A stretch of 64,000 nucleotides of DNA from the NCBI GenBank assembly GCA_035483715.1, contig DATHPN010000087.1, forward strand, positions 7,819 through 71,818, given 5' to 3'. This stretch comes from Candidatus Acidiferrum sp. (GTDB lineage: Bacteria; Acidobacteriota; Terriglobia; Acidiferrales; UBA7541). A program made the position numbers and the translations under genes. Under the pieces are notes generated by a model. It saw only the letters and a list, made by a program, of their open reading frames with translations, did not search any database and had not been told where the DNA came from. The number at the start of each line of letters is the position of its first letter. Position 1 is the first letter of the stretch. This document shows, piece by piece, positions 1-8,965 of the stretch.

Positions 1-238
1 TCTCCCTATGCCCTTGGCCTTCAGCCATCAAACTCGTTCCTACCCACCGAGTGTCAGTGAGAAGTTCCCCCCGTAAGTCTCGCAAAGCGGCAAACCGAGG
101 CTGCGAGTGGCCTCGTTCCCGATGAGCGATCGATCGGAAACTGGCCCACCGGCGGCAATCAAATCGTGTGCGGATCGGCCTAAACTCTGCTAAACTGTTC
201 CCTTTGTTTAACATTGTAAGAATGGGTGAGGAGTTGTC

Positions 239-430
239 ATGGCTATGAGATGCAAGATTTGCGGCAAGGGGCCGTCGTTCGGGAACGTGATCAGTCACGC
301 CAACAATACCCGCCGCCGCCGCTGGAATCCAAATCTGCAACGAGTTCGCGCCGTGGTCGATGGCGCGCGCATGCACATTCGTGTCTGCACTTCCTGCATT
401 CGGTCCGGCCGGGTCACCAAAGCAGCCTAG
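239..430 (+). CDS. rpmB: 50S ribosomal protein L28
   Basis: 63-aa ORF MAMRCKICGKGPSFGNVISHANNTRRRRWNPNLQ... fits the L28 pattern (C-x2-GK ... SH-x-N-x3-RR-x-PNL). GAGGAG Shine-Dalgarno lies 5 nt upstream of ATG 239. Confidence 0.93.
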   Translation: MAMRCKICGKGPSFGNVISHANNTRRRRWNPNLQRVRAVVDGARMHIRVCTSCIRSGRVTKAA

Positions 431-470
431 CCGGAGCTATTCCGCGTCGGAACCCTTAAAGGAGACAGCG

Positions 471-1559
471 TTGAGGATACGTGGGCAGATAGGGTTTGTG
501 CTGGCCGCGGCCCTGGCAGTTGTGTCCGGATGCAAGAAGCAGGTGGTGCCCGACGCCGGCGTTTGGGGAGTGGTGGACGGCGCTCCGATCACCAGCGCCG
601 AAGTGGACAAATATTACCGCACGCAATTGAATCCCGACGCGCCGCAGCCTTCGCAGGACGAAGCCCTGTCGCTCAAGCTGAATGTGCTGGACGAGTTGAT
701 CAACAATCACATTCTCCTGGAGAAAGCGAAAACACTGGGCCTTCAGGCGGCCGACGGCGAAGTCGAGGACAAGTTCACGGAATTCAAAAGCCCCTACACC
801 GAGGAAGAATTCCAGCGGCAGCTTAAAGGGCGGAACTACACGGTCGACGATTTGAAAAACGACATCCGCCAGCAGCTCTCCATTCAAAAAGTGATTAATC
901 ACGAAGTGGTGGCCAAGATAGCGGTCACCGACCAGGATGTTCAGGATTTTTACAACCAGAACCGCGCGCAATTTAACGTGACCGAGCCGCAATACCGCAT
1001 CGCGCAGATCGTGGTCACTCCGCATAAGGATCCGGGCTTGCGGAATCGCAAGAACGACGACGCCACGACCGATGCCGAAGCCCGGCGCAAGGCCGCGGCC
1101 CTCGAACAGCAGCTCAGCACCGGCGCGGATTTCTCGCAAGTTGCCATGGACTACTCGGAAGACCCGGCCTCCTCCGGCTCCGGGGGCGACCTCGGCTACG
1201 TGCCGGAATCCTCGCTTTCGCAGAGCGATCCCGCTTTAAAAAAAGCGGTGATGTCGCTCAAGCCGGGGCAAATCAGCGGCGTGATTGTCCTGCGGGACTC
1301 CTACCGTATTTTAAAGCTGGTGAGCAAGGAAGCGCCCGGGCAGCGGGATCTCAACGATCCGGCCGTGCAGCAGTCGATTCGCGACAACATCCACAACCGC
1401 AAGGAACAGTTGCTGCGCGCCGCTTACCTGGCCATCGCGCGCAATGACGCAAAAATCACGAACTACCTGGCCCGGCAAGTGGTGGAATCGGCGGGCAAAC
1501 TGCCGGTGGTCGTCACGCCCAAGGCCGCCGGCGATCCTGCGCCTTCGACGGGAAAATAA
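471..1559 (+). CDS. SurA/PrsA-like parvulin-type peptidyl-prolyl isomerase, lipoprotein-type signal
   Basis: Track ORF 360..1559. Its first 37 codons overlap rpmB, so I prefer TTG 471 behind AAGGAGA. Signal LRIRGQIGFVLAAALAVVSGC. SurA_N-like helical region, then rotamase motif GGDLGYVPESSL...PGQISGVIVLRDSYRILKLV. Confidence 0.8.
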   Translation: MRIRGQIGFVLAAALAVVSGCKKQVVPDAGVWGVVDGAPITSAEVDKYYRTQLNPDAPQPSQDEALSLKLNVLDELINNHILLEKAKTLGLQAADGEVEDKFTEFKSPYTEEEFQRQLKGRNYTVDDLKNDIRQQLSIQKVINHEVVAKIAVTDQDVQDFYNQNRAQFNVTEPQYRIAQIVVTPHKDPGLRNRKNDDATTDAEARRKAAALEQQLSTGADFSQVAMDYSEDPASSGSGGDLGYVPESSLSQSDPALKKAVMSLKPGQISGVIVLRDSYRILKLVSKEAPGQRDLNDPAVQQSIRDNIHNRKEQLLRAAYLAIARNDAKITNYLARQVVESAGKLPVVVTPKAAGDPAPSTGK

Positions 1560-1578
1560 CTTGTCTACTACGGGAATT

Positions 1579-1653
1579 TAGTAGCGCCGGCCTCAGCCTG
1601 TGGGTTTTGTCCTTGCAAGCACCAAACCCCACAGGCTGAAGCCTGCGCTACTA
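1579..1653. repeat. PAL-A palindromic repeat copy 1
   Basis: TAGTAGCGCCGGCCTCAGCCTGTGGGTTTTGTCCTTGCAAGCACCAAACCCCACAGGCTGAAGCCTGCGCTACTA. Near-perfect inverted repeat around a CTTGCAAG centre, 20 nt after the PPIase stop and convergent with the BCCP gene. Confidence 0.9.
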
Positions 1654-1666
1654 AAAAACTACTCCG

Positions 1667-2176
1667 CTACGTCACAACCGCCAGAACCTCTCCCGCATTG
1701 ACCGTTTGTCCTTCCGAGGCCAGCTTTTCGACGGTGCCTGACTTTGGCGAACGAATTTCATTCTGCATTTTCATCGCTTCGATGACCAGCAGGCCCTGCC
1801 CGGCAGTGACTTGCTGGCCCGCCGCGACCAGTACGCGAACGATTTTTCCGGGCATGGGCGCGACGAGTTGCTGGCGCCCTTCGAGTTCGATCCCCGCGCC
1901 GCGCGCGCGCCGCCAGGAGCGAGGATCGATGACTTCCACTTGGAATTCGTGCCCGTTCGCGCGCGCCAGCAAACCGACGGGGGTTTCCTCGATTGTGATT
2001 TCGAGTGATCTGCCGCTGAGAAGAATCGAATACACGCCATGCGAAATCCGGAAGGCGTCGGCTTCCACCAGGCGCCCGTCCACGGTGAACGCCGCGCGCA
2101 GTGCTCCGTTCGTTTGCAGAGCGAACTCAACGCCGCGCCGCGCGCCTTTGATTATGATTTCATATTTCATGGTCAT
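1667..2176 (-). CDS. biotin carboxyl carrier protein-like subunit (biotin/lipoyl attachment domain)
   Basis: 169 aa. The C-terminal domain carries the biotinylation motif LLVIEAMKMQNEI. It lies immediately downstream of a biotin carboxylase gene on the same strand. Confidence 0.85.
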   Translation of the reverse strand: MTMKYEIIIKGARRGVEFALQTNGALRAAFTVDGRLVEADAFRISHGVYSILLSGRSLEITIEETPVGLLARANGHEFQVEVIDPRSWRRARGAGIELEGRQQLVAPMPGKIVRVLVAAGQQVTAGQGLLVIEAMKMQNEIRSPKSGTVEKLASEGQTVNAGEVLAVVT

Positions 2177-2203
2177 GTTCCGCCGCGATATTTCAGCGGG
2201 CCG

Positions 2204-3724
2204 TCATTCACTGCGATCGACTTGCTCGAGACGCGCTTCGCGCTTCCAGTGCGATTCCACTCCTGCAGCGGCTCCGTTCCCGGGCGCCGCGTTCTTTGCT
2301 CCAAGGGAGTACAGCATCGCCGCGAGAATCACCGCATCTTCGGCAACCACGTCGCGCTCCTGCGTTTCCATCGCAGCCAGGAGACGAGGGAGCCGTTCAT
2401 CGAGCCAGCGGGTGGAGATTTCCGCACGGTGAAATTCCGGATCACGCAGAATGCCCAGAAGAAGTCCCGAGTTGGTCTTAATTCCAGTGACCGAGTGTTC
2501 TTCCAGGGCTCGCCGCAGGCGGGCGATTGCCTCGGCCCGATCCTCGCCCCAGGAAATCAGTTTGCCGAGCATGGGATCGTATTCGGTCGAGACGGTAAAA
2601 CCTTCGTACACGCCGTCATCCAGCCGGATTCCTGGGCCCGAGGGCGCGCGCCGCAAAAGAATCGTCCCGGGCGAGGGGAAAAATTGATTGTGAGGATCTT
2701 CCGCGTAAAGGCGGCATTCGATCGCGTGGCCTGAAAGCTTGACATCCTTCTGCGAAAAGGGAAGCGGCGCGCCGGCGGCAACCCGAATCTGCAGCTTTAC
2801 CAGATCGAACCCGGTGACCATTTCCGTGACCGGATGTTCTACCTGCAGGCGTGTATTCACTTCCAGAAAATAAAAATTGCGATCGGCGTCGACAAGGAAC
2901 TCCACTGTGCCGGCGTTCGCGTAGCCCGCTTCCTGGGCGAGCCGCACGGCGGCTTGCCCCATCGCGCCGCGCAATTCCGCTGTCATGACGGGAGAAGGAG
3001 ATTCCTCGATAACTTTTTGATGGCGCCGCTGCACGGAACATTCGCGCTCGCCAAGATGCACGAGGTGGCCGTGCGCGTCGCCAAAAATTTGGATTTCAAT
3101 GTGGCGCGGCCGGTCCACATACTTTTCCAGATAAAGGCGAGCGTCGCCAAAAGCGTTCCGTGCCTCCGAAGAAGCGTCGCGCCACGCGGCTGCCATCTCC
3201 GATTCCGCCGAAACCACGCGCATGCCCTTTCCGCCCCCGCCGGCAACGGCTTTCAGCAGCACGGGATAGCCAAGTCCTTGCGCGATTTTTGTCGCATCGC
3301 CCTGATTTTCGATTGGATCCTTGGTTCCCGGAACCATCGGCACGCCAGTATGGGCTGCAAGCTGGCGCGCCGCGGTTTTCGATCCCAAGCGCTCCATCGC
3401 TTCGGGCGAAGGGCCGATGAAGGTTATGCCGTTCGCCGCACATGCGCGCGCGAGTTCGGGATTTTCGGCCAGGAATCCGTACCCGGGATGCAGGGCGTCA
3501 CACCCTGCGCGGCGCGCAACTTCCATCAGCTTGTCGATGCGAAGATAACTCTCGCGCGAGGGAGCCGGGCCGACTGCGTAGGCTTCATCGGACACGCGTA
3601 CGTGCAGCGCAGCGCGGTCCGCATCGCTAAAAACGGCTGCCGAAGTGATGCCCATCTCGCGGCAAGCTCGCGCGATCCGCACGGCGATTTCCCCACGATT
3701 GGCAATGAGAATTTTGCGAAACAT
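2204..3724 (-). CDS. accC: biotin carboxylase subunit of acetyl/propionyl-CoA carboxylase
   Basis: Track ORF 2204..3847. The conserved N-terminus MFRKILIANRGEIAVRIARACREMGI starts at ATG 3724. ATP-grasp motifs are present (GYPVLLKAVAGGGGKGMRVV, EVNTRLQVEHPVTE). About 506 aa. Confidence 0.93.
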   Translation of the reverse strand: MFRKILIANRGEIAVRIARACREMGITSAAVFSDADRAALHVRVSDEAYAVGPAPSRESYLRIDKLMEVARRAGCDALHPGYGFLAENPELARACAANGITFIGPSPEAMERLGSKTAARQLAAHTGVPMVPGTKDPIENQGDATKIAQGLGYPVLLKAVAGGGGKGMRVVSAESEMAAAWRDASSEARNAFGDARLYLEKYVDRPRHIEIQIFGDAHGHLVHLGERECSVQRRHQKVIEESPSPVMTAELRGAMGQAAVRLAQEAGYANAGTVEFLVDADRNFYFLEVNTRLQVEHPVTEMVTGFDLVKLQIRVAAGAPLPFSQKDVKLSGHAIECRLYAEDPHNQFFPSPGTILLRRAPSGPGIRLDDGVYEGFTVSTEYDPMLGKLISWGEDRAEAIARLRRALEEHSVTGIKTNSGLLLGILRDPEFHRAEISTRWLDERLPRLLAAMETQERDVVAEDAVILAAMLYSLGAKNAAPGNGAAAGVESHWKREARLEQVDRSE

Positions 3725-3755
3725 TTTTATCGAAGGCGCAGTGGCGATCAGGATT

Positions 3756-3983
3756 CTAACACAGCAGGAAAAAGGGCATTCGTGGCCAAGAAAGTAGCGG
3801 AGTTCCGATATTGCAGCCAACAAGTTCCCGGTTGGATTCGACGACAAGTTGGAGAGCTTCTTTCAAGTTGCGGCGGGCTTCAGCAAGAGTCCGGCCCTGG
3901 GTATTCATCCCGGGAACTTCCTCAACGGTAGCCACATACCACTTTCCGCGCTTCTCGATAATTGAAGTGAACCGTGGTTCCAT
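3756..3983 (-). CDS. HicB-like antitoxin / UPF0150 family small protein
   Basis: Internal ATG 3983 of track ORF 3756..4439 gives 75 aa: MEPRFTSIIEKRGKWYVATVEEVPGMNTQGRTLAEARRNLKEALQLVVE. This is the typical HicB N-terminal fold signature (Y-x-A-x-V-x-E-x-PG ... G-x-T-x-EEA-x-x-N-x-x-EA). No HicA partner was found. Confidence 0.6.
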   Translation of the reverse strand: MEPRFTSIIEKRGKWYVATVEEVPGMNTQGRTLAEARRNLKEALQLVVESNRELVGCNIGTPLLSWPRMPFFLLC

Positions 3984-4019
3984 GGGTGTTCTCAGTGACA
4001 CCGGCTTATCACATTCAGC

Positions 4020-4565
4020 TTGATGCAACCTCTGTTCGCCTCGCCTGCAGTTATCGAAGCGTGGACACACAATGGGCGGCGCGCAATAATTCCTGGCATG
4101 TCGCCAATCAACGGGGAACACAAATCCCAACCGCAGGGGGAACGTCTGCTCGGCGCGTATCTTTTCGCCCTGTGCGTCTACCAGATCGGTATCTACTGCT
4201 GGCCGAGCGGGCCGCCGTTCATTCTCGATCCGCGCGCTGGGATTCCCGTGCTGCTGATCAATCACTTTTATTTCGATAACAAGGCGATCCACCCGGTGGA
4301 GTGGATCACGGCAACGTGGCTGGTCATCGCCGCGGCATTCATTTTCTTCCGCGGAAAATTGTTGAGGCCTTACCTGATTGCGGAAATTGTGTTGGCCGCG
4401 CCAACCGCCTATTACATCTGCATTCTTGCGATTCGGCACGGCGGCGATTTCGCGCCTGGATTCAAGGACCTTGTCTTGACCGTGCTGTTATTCCTGGTTT
4501 TTTCCGTGGTTCCCGCGGGGCTGGCCGCGAGGCGCGTTCTGGCCCGAAGGCGAATGCGATCCTGA
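4020..4565 (+). CDS. hypothetical integral membrane protein
   Basis: 181-aa ORF with 4-5 hydrophobic segments (LLGAYLFALCVYQIGIYCW, WITATWLVIAAAFIFF, YLIAEIVLAAPTAYYICILAI, LVLTVLLFLVFSVVPAGLAA). No family recognised and the start is uncertain. Confidence 0.4.
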   Translation: MMQPLFASPAVIEAWTHNGRRAIIPGMSPINGEHKSQPQGERLLGAYLFALCVYQIGIYCWPSGPPFILDPRAGIPVLLINHFYFDNKAIHPVEWITATWLVIAAAFIFFRGKLLRPYLIAEIVLAAPTAYYICILAIRHGGDFAPGFKDLVLTVLLFLVFSVVPAGLAARRVLARRRMRS

Positions 4566-4706
4566 ATAGCTCGGAAGTGCCTTCCTGCGCTCACCCTTCC
4601 AAAGCGAAGGTTGACATACGGATTTACGCTTAACTAGAATCATTCGACCGCAACACCGGGATCACTGTACTTTTCACGCTGCCACAATTTAGAACAGGAG
4701 ATCGCC

Positions 4707-5750
4707 ATGAAACGATTCGCCGCCCTCTTTGTTTTCAGCGTTCTTATCGCCCCTTGGGCCGCTCGTGCGCAGAACAGCGCACCTGCTGCTCAGCCGGCCG
4801 CCAGCGCCCCGGGAGCAGCCACCACCCAGGCGCCTCAGGGGCGCAAGAAACGCGTTGCGGTCTTCGATTTTGACTATGCGACGGTGAAGACCAACTCGGC
4901 GGCTTTGTTCGGGACCGATATTGACATCGGCAAGGGAATCGCCGACCTGCTGGTGAAGAATCTGGTCACGGACGGGACCTATAGCGTGATCGAGCGCAAA
5001 CAGCTCGACAAAATCCTGGCCGAGCAAAACTTTTCGAACAGCGACCGCGCCAATCCGGCGTCAGCAGCCAAGATCGGCAAGATCCTCGGCCTCGATGCCA
5101 TCATCGTCGGCAGCATCACCGAGTTTGGGAACGAAACCAAGAATACCAACGTCGGCGGCGGCGGTGGAAACTTCCACGGCTTCGGCGTCGGTGGCTTTGG
5201 CCATAAGGACTCCAAGGCCAATGTCATGCTCGATGCGCGCCTGGTGGATATCGATACTGCGGAAATTCTGGGCGTGGCGGAAGGCAAGGGCCAGTCCAAG
5301 CGCAGCAGCACTTCCATGCTGGGCGGCGGCGGGAACTGGCACGGCTTTGGCGCGGGCGGGGCGGACTTTGGTTCGAGCGACTTTCAACAAACCATCATCG
5401 GCGAGGCGGTGAAGGCTGCGACCGATGAAATGACCGCGGGCGTCATCGCGGCGGCGCCCAAACTCCAGGCGCGCGTGATCAAGGTCGAAGGCCTGGTGGC
5501 GGCCGTGGATGGCGGGCAAATCGTGCTGAACGTCGGGGCGAAAACCGGAATCAAGGTCGGCGACCACATGTCCGTGGAACGCATCACGAGCACGATCAAG
5601 GATCCGGCTACCGGGGCGGTGCTTCGCAAGATGACCACCAAACTGGGAGAGCTGGAAGTTACCGACGTGGATGATATATCCGCGGTCTGCAAACCGGTCT
5701 CGGGCACGGGATTTAAAATCGGAGATGTTGCTAAGACAGTAACTCAATAA
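4707..5750 (+). CDS. CsgG/HfaB-family (curli-type secretion channel-like) periplasmic protein
   Basis: Sec signal MKRFAALFVFSVLIAPWAARAQ. CsgG-family core KKRVAVFDFDY...IGKGIADLLVKNLVTDGTYSVIERKQLDKILAEQNFSNSDRANPASAAKIGKILGLDAIIVGSITEFG. It is interrupted by two Gly-rich inserts. Confidence 0.7.
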   Translation: MKRFAALFVFSVLIAPWAARAQNSAPAAQPAASAPGAATTQAPQGRKKRVAVFDFDYATVKTNSAALFGTDIDIGKGIADLLVKNLVTDGTYSVIERKQLDKILAEQNFSNSDRANPASAAKIGKILGLDAIIVGSITEFGNETKNTNVGGGGGNFHGFGVGGFGHKDSKANVMLDARLVDIDTAEILGVAEGKGQSKRSSTSMLGGGGNWHGFGAGGADFGSSDFQQTIIGEAVKAATDEMTAGVIAAAPKLQARVIKVEGLVAAVDGGQIVLNVGAKTGIKVGDHMSVERITSTIKDPATGAVLRKMTTKLGELEVTDVDDISAVCKPVSGTGFKIGDVAKTVTQ

Positions 5751-5784
5751 CTCAGTAACAATAGCGCGAGACAATCGATTTCGT

Positions 5785-6231
5785 TTAACGGCCGCCGCGG
5801 AACCCGCCGCGTCCAAACCCTCGCAGCGGCATTGTGGAGAAAAAGAACGGATTGCCGATGCGCGCCAGCGGAAGTATGGGAATGTCCCATTCCCGGCCGA
5901 GCCTGCCAGCCATCCAGTAGTAATCTCCGTAAGTCCCGTACCCTCCGTAGGCGCCCGCAAGCGCCGGTATGGCTGCTCTGCGCGCCGCCTCGATTTCCCT
6001 GTCCCGTTTGCCGGTAAGAATATCGACATCCGCGGGATCGAGCGGATGCCCCGGCCGGAGTTCCGGGGGCAAATTATCCTGCTGATTCGGATTCTGCGAG
6101 GCGGGTTGCGGCGCGGCCTGCGGCTCGGACCGTGGCGTGGCTTGCGGCGGATTGACACTGGTATCGCCTTGCTGCGCGTGAATCGCTGGAACGATCGAGA
6201 AGAGAGCGATTGCGAACACCAATTTGTTCAT
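5785..6231 (-). CDS. secreted low-complexity hypothetical protein (Pro/Gln-rich, then Gly/Tyr-rich)
   Basis: 148 aa. Signal MNKLVFAIALFSIVPAIHAQQ, then PQATPRSEPQAAPQPASQNPNQQ and AYGGYGTYGDYYW...GFGRGGFRGGR. Convergent with the CsgG-like gene. Confidence 0.5.
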   Translation of the reverse strand: MNKLVFAIALFSIVPAIHAQQGDTSVNPPQATPRSEPQAAPQPASQNPNQQDNLPPELRPGHPLDPADVDILTGKRDREIEAARRAAIPALAGAYGGYGTYGDYYWMAGRLGREWDIPILPLARIGNPFFFSTMPLRGFGRGGFRGGR

Positions 6232-6302
6232 GGCGTCCTCCGGCTAGTGTATCCACACCATTCTACTCCTCTTCTAGCAGGCTGCGGAAAAACTCAAAAC
6301 TC

Positions 6303-6391
6303 TGTCATTCTGAGCGAAGCGAAGAATCTCTCCTCGTTTCCTTTTTTACACTTAAATCGAAGAGAGATTCTTCGCTTCGCTCAGAATGACA
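6303..6391. repeat. PAL-D palindromic repeat copy 1
   Basis: TGTCATTCTGAGCGAAGCGAAGAATCTCTCC ... CGAAGAGAGATTCTTCGCTTCGCTCAGAATGACA. Long inverted repeat just downstream of the carboxyltransferase stop. Confidence 0.9.
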
Positions 6392-6417
6392 GAACGAGGC
6401 CTTTTTTCCGGAGCCTG

Positions 6418-7986
6418 CTAGAGCGGGATATTGCCGTGTTTCTTTTTGGGGTTGGTGTCGCGCTTGGTTCCGAGGGAGCGCAGGGCGGTGATGAGTTTCG
6501 CGCGCGTTTGGGATGGCTCGATGACGGCGTCGATATAGCCTCGCTCCGCGGCGATGTAGGGATTGGCGAATCGCCCGCGGAACTCGGCAATTTTTTCGCG
6601 TCGCAGGCGCTCGCGGCCGGCTTCGGGCGCGCGTCCGAGTTCGCGTTTGTAGACGATGTCGACCGCGCCTTCGGGGCCCATCACCGCGATTTCGGCCGTG
6701 GGCCATGCGAAATTCGCGTCGGTGCGGATGTGCTTGCTGGACATGACGCAATACGCGCCGCCGTAGGCCTTGCGCGTAATCACCGTTAATTTCGGAACCG
6801 TGGCCTCGGCAAATGCGAAGAGCAGCTTCGCGCCGTGCTTGATGATGCCGTTCCACTCCTGCTGCGTGCCGGGCAGAAATCCGGGCACATCTTCGAGCGT
6901 GATGAGCGGGATGTTGAACGCGTCGCAGAAGCGCACGAATCGCGCGCCCTTCACCGAAGCGTTGATGTCCAGCACGCCCGCGAGCACCGCGGGCTGGTTC
7001 GCCACTACGCCGACAGGCTGCCCGCCGAGCCGCGCGAAACCGACGACGATATTTTTTGCGAAATGCTCGTGGACCTCGAAGAAATACTTGTCGTCGGCGA
7101 TGGAGTGGATCACATCCTTGATGTCGTATGGTTGCATCGGATCGGCGGGAACCATCGAATCCAGCGCGGCATCGGCGCGGTCCGCGGGATCGGAAGTGGG
7201 GCGGCGCGGCGCGTCATCCAGATTGTTGAGCGGCAGAAAACTCAAGAGCTCGCGAATCATGGCCAGACATTCGGCGTCATCGCGCGCGATGAAATGGGCC
7301 ACGCCGCTCGTGGCGTTATGCGTCATCGCGCCGCCGAGGTCCTGCTTGGAAACGTCCTCATGCGTCACCGTTTTGATGACGTCCGGGCCGGTGATGAACA
7401 TGTACGAGGTGTCGCGCGTCATGAAAATAAAATCGGTGATCGCGGGGGAATACACCGCGCCGCCGGCGCAGGGCCCCATGATCGCGCTGATCTGCGGAAC
7501 GACGCCGCTCGCCAAAGTGTTGCGCAAAAAAATATCGGCGTAACCCGCGAGCGAGCGCACGCCCTCCTGGATGCGCGCGCCGCCGGAATCGTTGAGTCCA
7601 ATCACCGGCGCGCCGTTGCGCATGGCCAGATCCATGATCTTGCAGATTTTCAGGGCGTTGGTTTCCGAGAGAGATCCGCCGAACACCGTAAAATCCTGCG
7701 CAAATACGTAAACCAACCGGCCGGCCATGCGTCCGAAGCCGGTGACAAATCCGTCGCCGGGCGGCCGCTGCTCCTGCATCCCGAAATCTTCGGAGCGGTG
7801 CGCGACGAATTTGTCCAGCTCTTCAAACGTGCCTTCGTCAAGGAGCAGCGCCACGCGTTCGCGGGCCGTAAGTTTCCCGGCTTGGTGCTCGCGCTCGCGC
7901 CGTTCCGCGCCGCCTCCAATTTCCGCTTCAGCGTTGCGCCGCCGCAGTTCCGCGAGCGGATCGCTCGATTTCGTGTCGTTGCTCAT
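6418..7986 (-). CDS. acyl-CoA carboxylase carboxyltransferase subunit (propionyl-CoA carboxylase beta / methylmalonyl-CoA carboxyltransferase type)
   Basis: 522 aa. [78 protein letters not shown]: the canonical carboxyl_trans family. Confidence 0.93.
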   Translation of the reverse strand: MSNDTKSSDPLAELRRRNAEAEIGGGAERREREHQAGKLTARERVALLLDEGTFEELDKFVAHRSEDFGMQEQRPPGDGFVTGFGRMAGRLVYVFAQDFTVFGGSLSETNALKICKIMDLAMRNGAPVIGLNDSGGARIQEGVRSLAGYADIFLRNTLASGVVPQISAIMGPCAGGAVYSPAITDFIFMTRDTSYMFITGPDVIKTVTHEDVSKQDLGGAMTHNATSGVAHFIARDDAECLAMIRELLSFLPLNNLDDAPRRPTSDPADRADAALDSMVPADPMQPYDIKDVIHSIADDKYFFEVHEHFAKNIVVGFARLGGQPVGVVANQPAVLAGVLDINASVKGARFVRFCDAFNIPLITLEDVPGFLPGTQQEWNGIIKHGAKLLFAFAEATVPKLTVITRKAYGGAYCVMSSKHIRTDANFAWPTAEIAVMGPEGAVDIVYKRELGRAPEAGRERLRREKIAEFRGRFANPYIAAERGYIDAVIEPSQTRAKLITALRSLGTKRDTNPKKKHGNIPL

Positions 7987-8059
7987 AGGACGAAGTCAAT
8001 GCGCACAATTGCAGCACACAGCCTTCGAGACTTTCGCACAAGCCCGAAGCACTATGCCA

Positions 8060-8359
8060 CTAAATTTTGGCGGAATCGCCGGAACGCACCTCACTGGAAT
8101 ACTCGTCCACAGGCAGCGCGGGAAATTCGGCATTCCCCACGCCCAGAATGCGGACGGCCAGATGCGTGGCCAGGTAGATGCACCCGAGAAGAAGAAAAGT
8201 CCCCAGGACGAGGTCCGCGGAGACGGCCAGAGCACGCAGCGGGATTGGGTCGATGGAGACGGCGCGGATTGTGCCTTGCACCAGGGCGATCATGCAGGCC
8301 AGCGTCAACGCCGCGGCGCCCAGGACTGCTGTCACGGACGCTAGAATTCTCACGCCCAT
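8060..8359 (-). CDS. small hypothetical membrane protein
   Basis: 99-aa ORF with two hydrophobic helices (ILASVTAVLGAAALTLACMIALV, LVLGTFLLLGCIYLATHLAV). No family recognised. Confidence 0.35.
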   Translation of the reverse strand: MGVRILASVTAVLGAAALTLACMIALVQGTIRAVSIDPIPLRALAVSADLVLGTFLLLGCIYLATHLAVRILGVGNAEFPALPVDEYSSEVRSGDSAKI

Positions 8360-8435
8360 GCGCAGGCTCCGAAACCGAAAGTCATCTGAAACGCTCTCTT
8401 GGATGAGGTGTTACTACGCATAGGAATCTAAGCTT

Positions 8436-8494
8436 GGGAATACAATCTCCCGATTGGCGATTTGCGTAACGCCAATCGGGAGATTGGCGTTCCC
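8436..8494. repeat. PAL-B palindromic repeat copy 1
   Basis: GGGAATACAATCTCCCGATTGGCGATTTGCGTAACGCCAATCGGGAGATTGGCGTTCCC. Each arm is itself a hairpin (CGCCAATC-TCCC-GATTGGCG). Confidence 0.9.
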
Positions 8495-8500
8495 ATGGGT

Positions 8501-8965
8501 TTAATGCAGACCTGACCAGTCGTCGGCCACAAGAATCGAATTGCTGGGATTGGCCGGATCGTACTTCACGCTGGCAGGCTGGCCGGAGGCGATGCGCTCC
8601 AGGCACAGGCGCTCTTCGAGCCCGGTAACGTCCTGCGCGGTTTCGTAGGTGACGCCGGCAATGGAATAGCTGTAGCGGACCAGGCGGCGCAATCCATTTC
8701 CAGCAGGCCGGGAAGGCGCAGCCTTGTGGCGCGGAAACTTGCCTGTATCGGGCGGAGGCGCGGGCGACCCCTGCGATTCGACCAATTCAACCACCAACCC
8801 TTCCACAATGCGCCCGACTTGATTGAGTTGAGAGCGGCGGCGGCGTTCTTCATCTTCCGGGTCTTCCGGTTTTCGGTAGTATTGACGCAAAGCCGCAGCC
8901 GTCACGGCCACCACCAGCACCGCGGCTCCCCCAGCGATTCGCCAATCGATTGCCACGTGCGTCAA
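8501..8965 (-). CDS. DUF3592-like membrane-anchored protein
   Basis: 154 aa. N-terminal TM GGAAVLVVAVTAAAL, then VRYSYSIAGVTYETAQ...ASVKYDPANPSNSIL, typical of DUF3592. Its ATG overlaps the fsa stop (ATGA at 8962-8965). Confidence 0.55.
   Translation of the reverse strand: MTHVAIDWRIAGGAAVLVVAVTAAALRQYYRKPEDPEDEERRRRSQLNQVGRIVEGLVVELVESQGSPAPPPDTGKFPRHKAAPSRPAGNGLRRLVRYSYSIAGVTYETAQDVTGLEERLCLERIASGQPASVKYDPANPSNSILVADDWSGLH

Noticed and set aside
1-238. Possible gene end or RNA in the first 238 nt (frame 1 is open from position 1 to the TGA at 58-60; frame 3 is open to the TGA at 121-123).
   Set aside because: The region is too short and truncated by the window edge. No motif was recognised, and no tRNA-like cloverleaf was found by eye.
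360-470. N-terminal 37 codons of track ORF 360-1559, and ORF 226-459, both overlapping rpmB.
   Set aside because: They overlap the highly conserved L28 gene in another frame. A TTG with a good Shine-Dalgarno sequence at 471 starts exactly at the lipoprotein signal peptide.
3984-4200. Search for a hicA toxin gene upstream of the HicB-like ORF.
   Set aside because: Only a 35-codon ORF without HicA features was found by manual translation of the minus strand. The long in-frame extension of the track ORF (to 4439) has non-coding-like composition.
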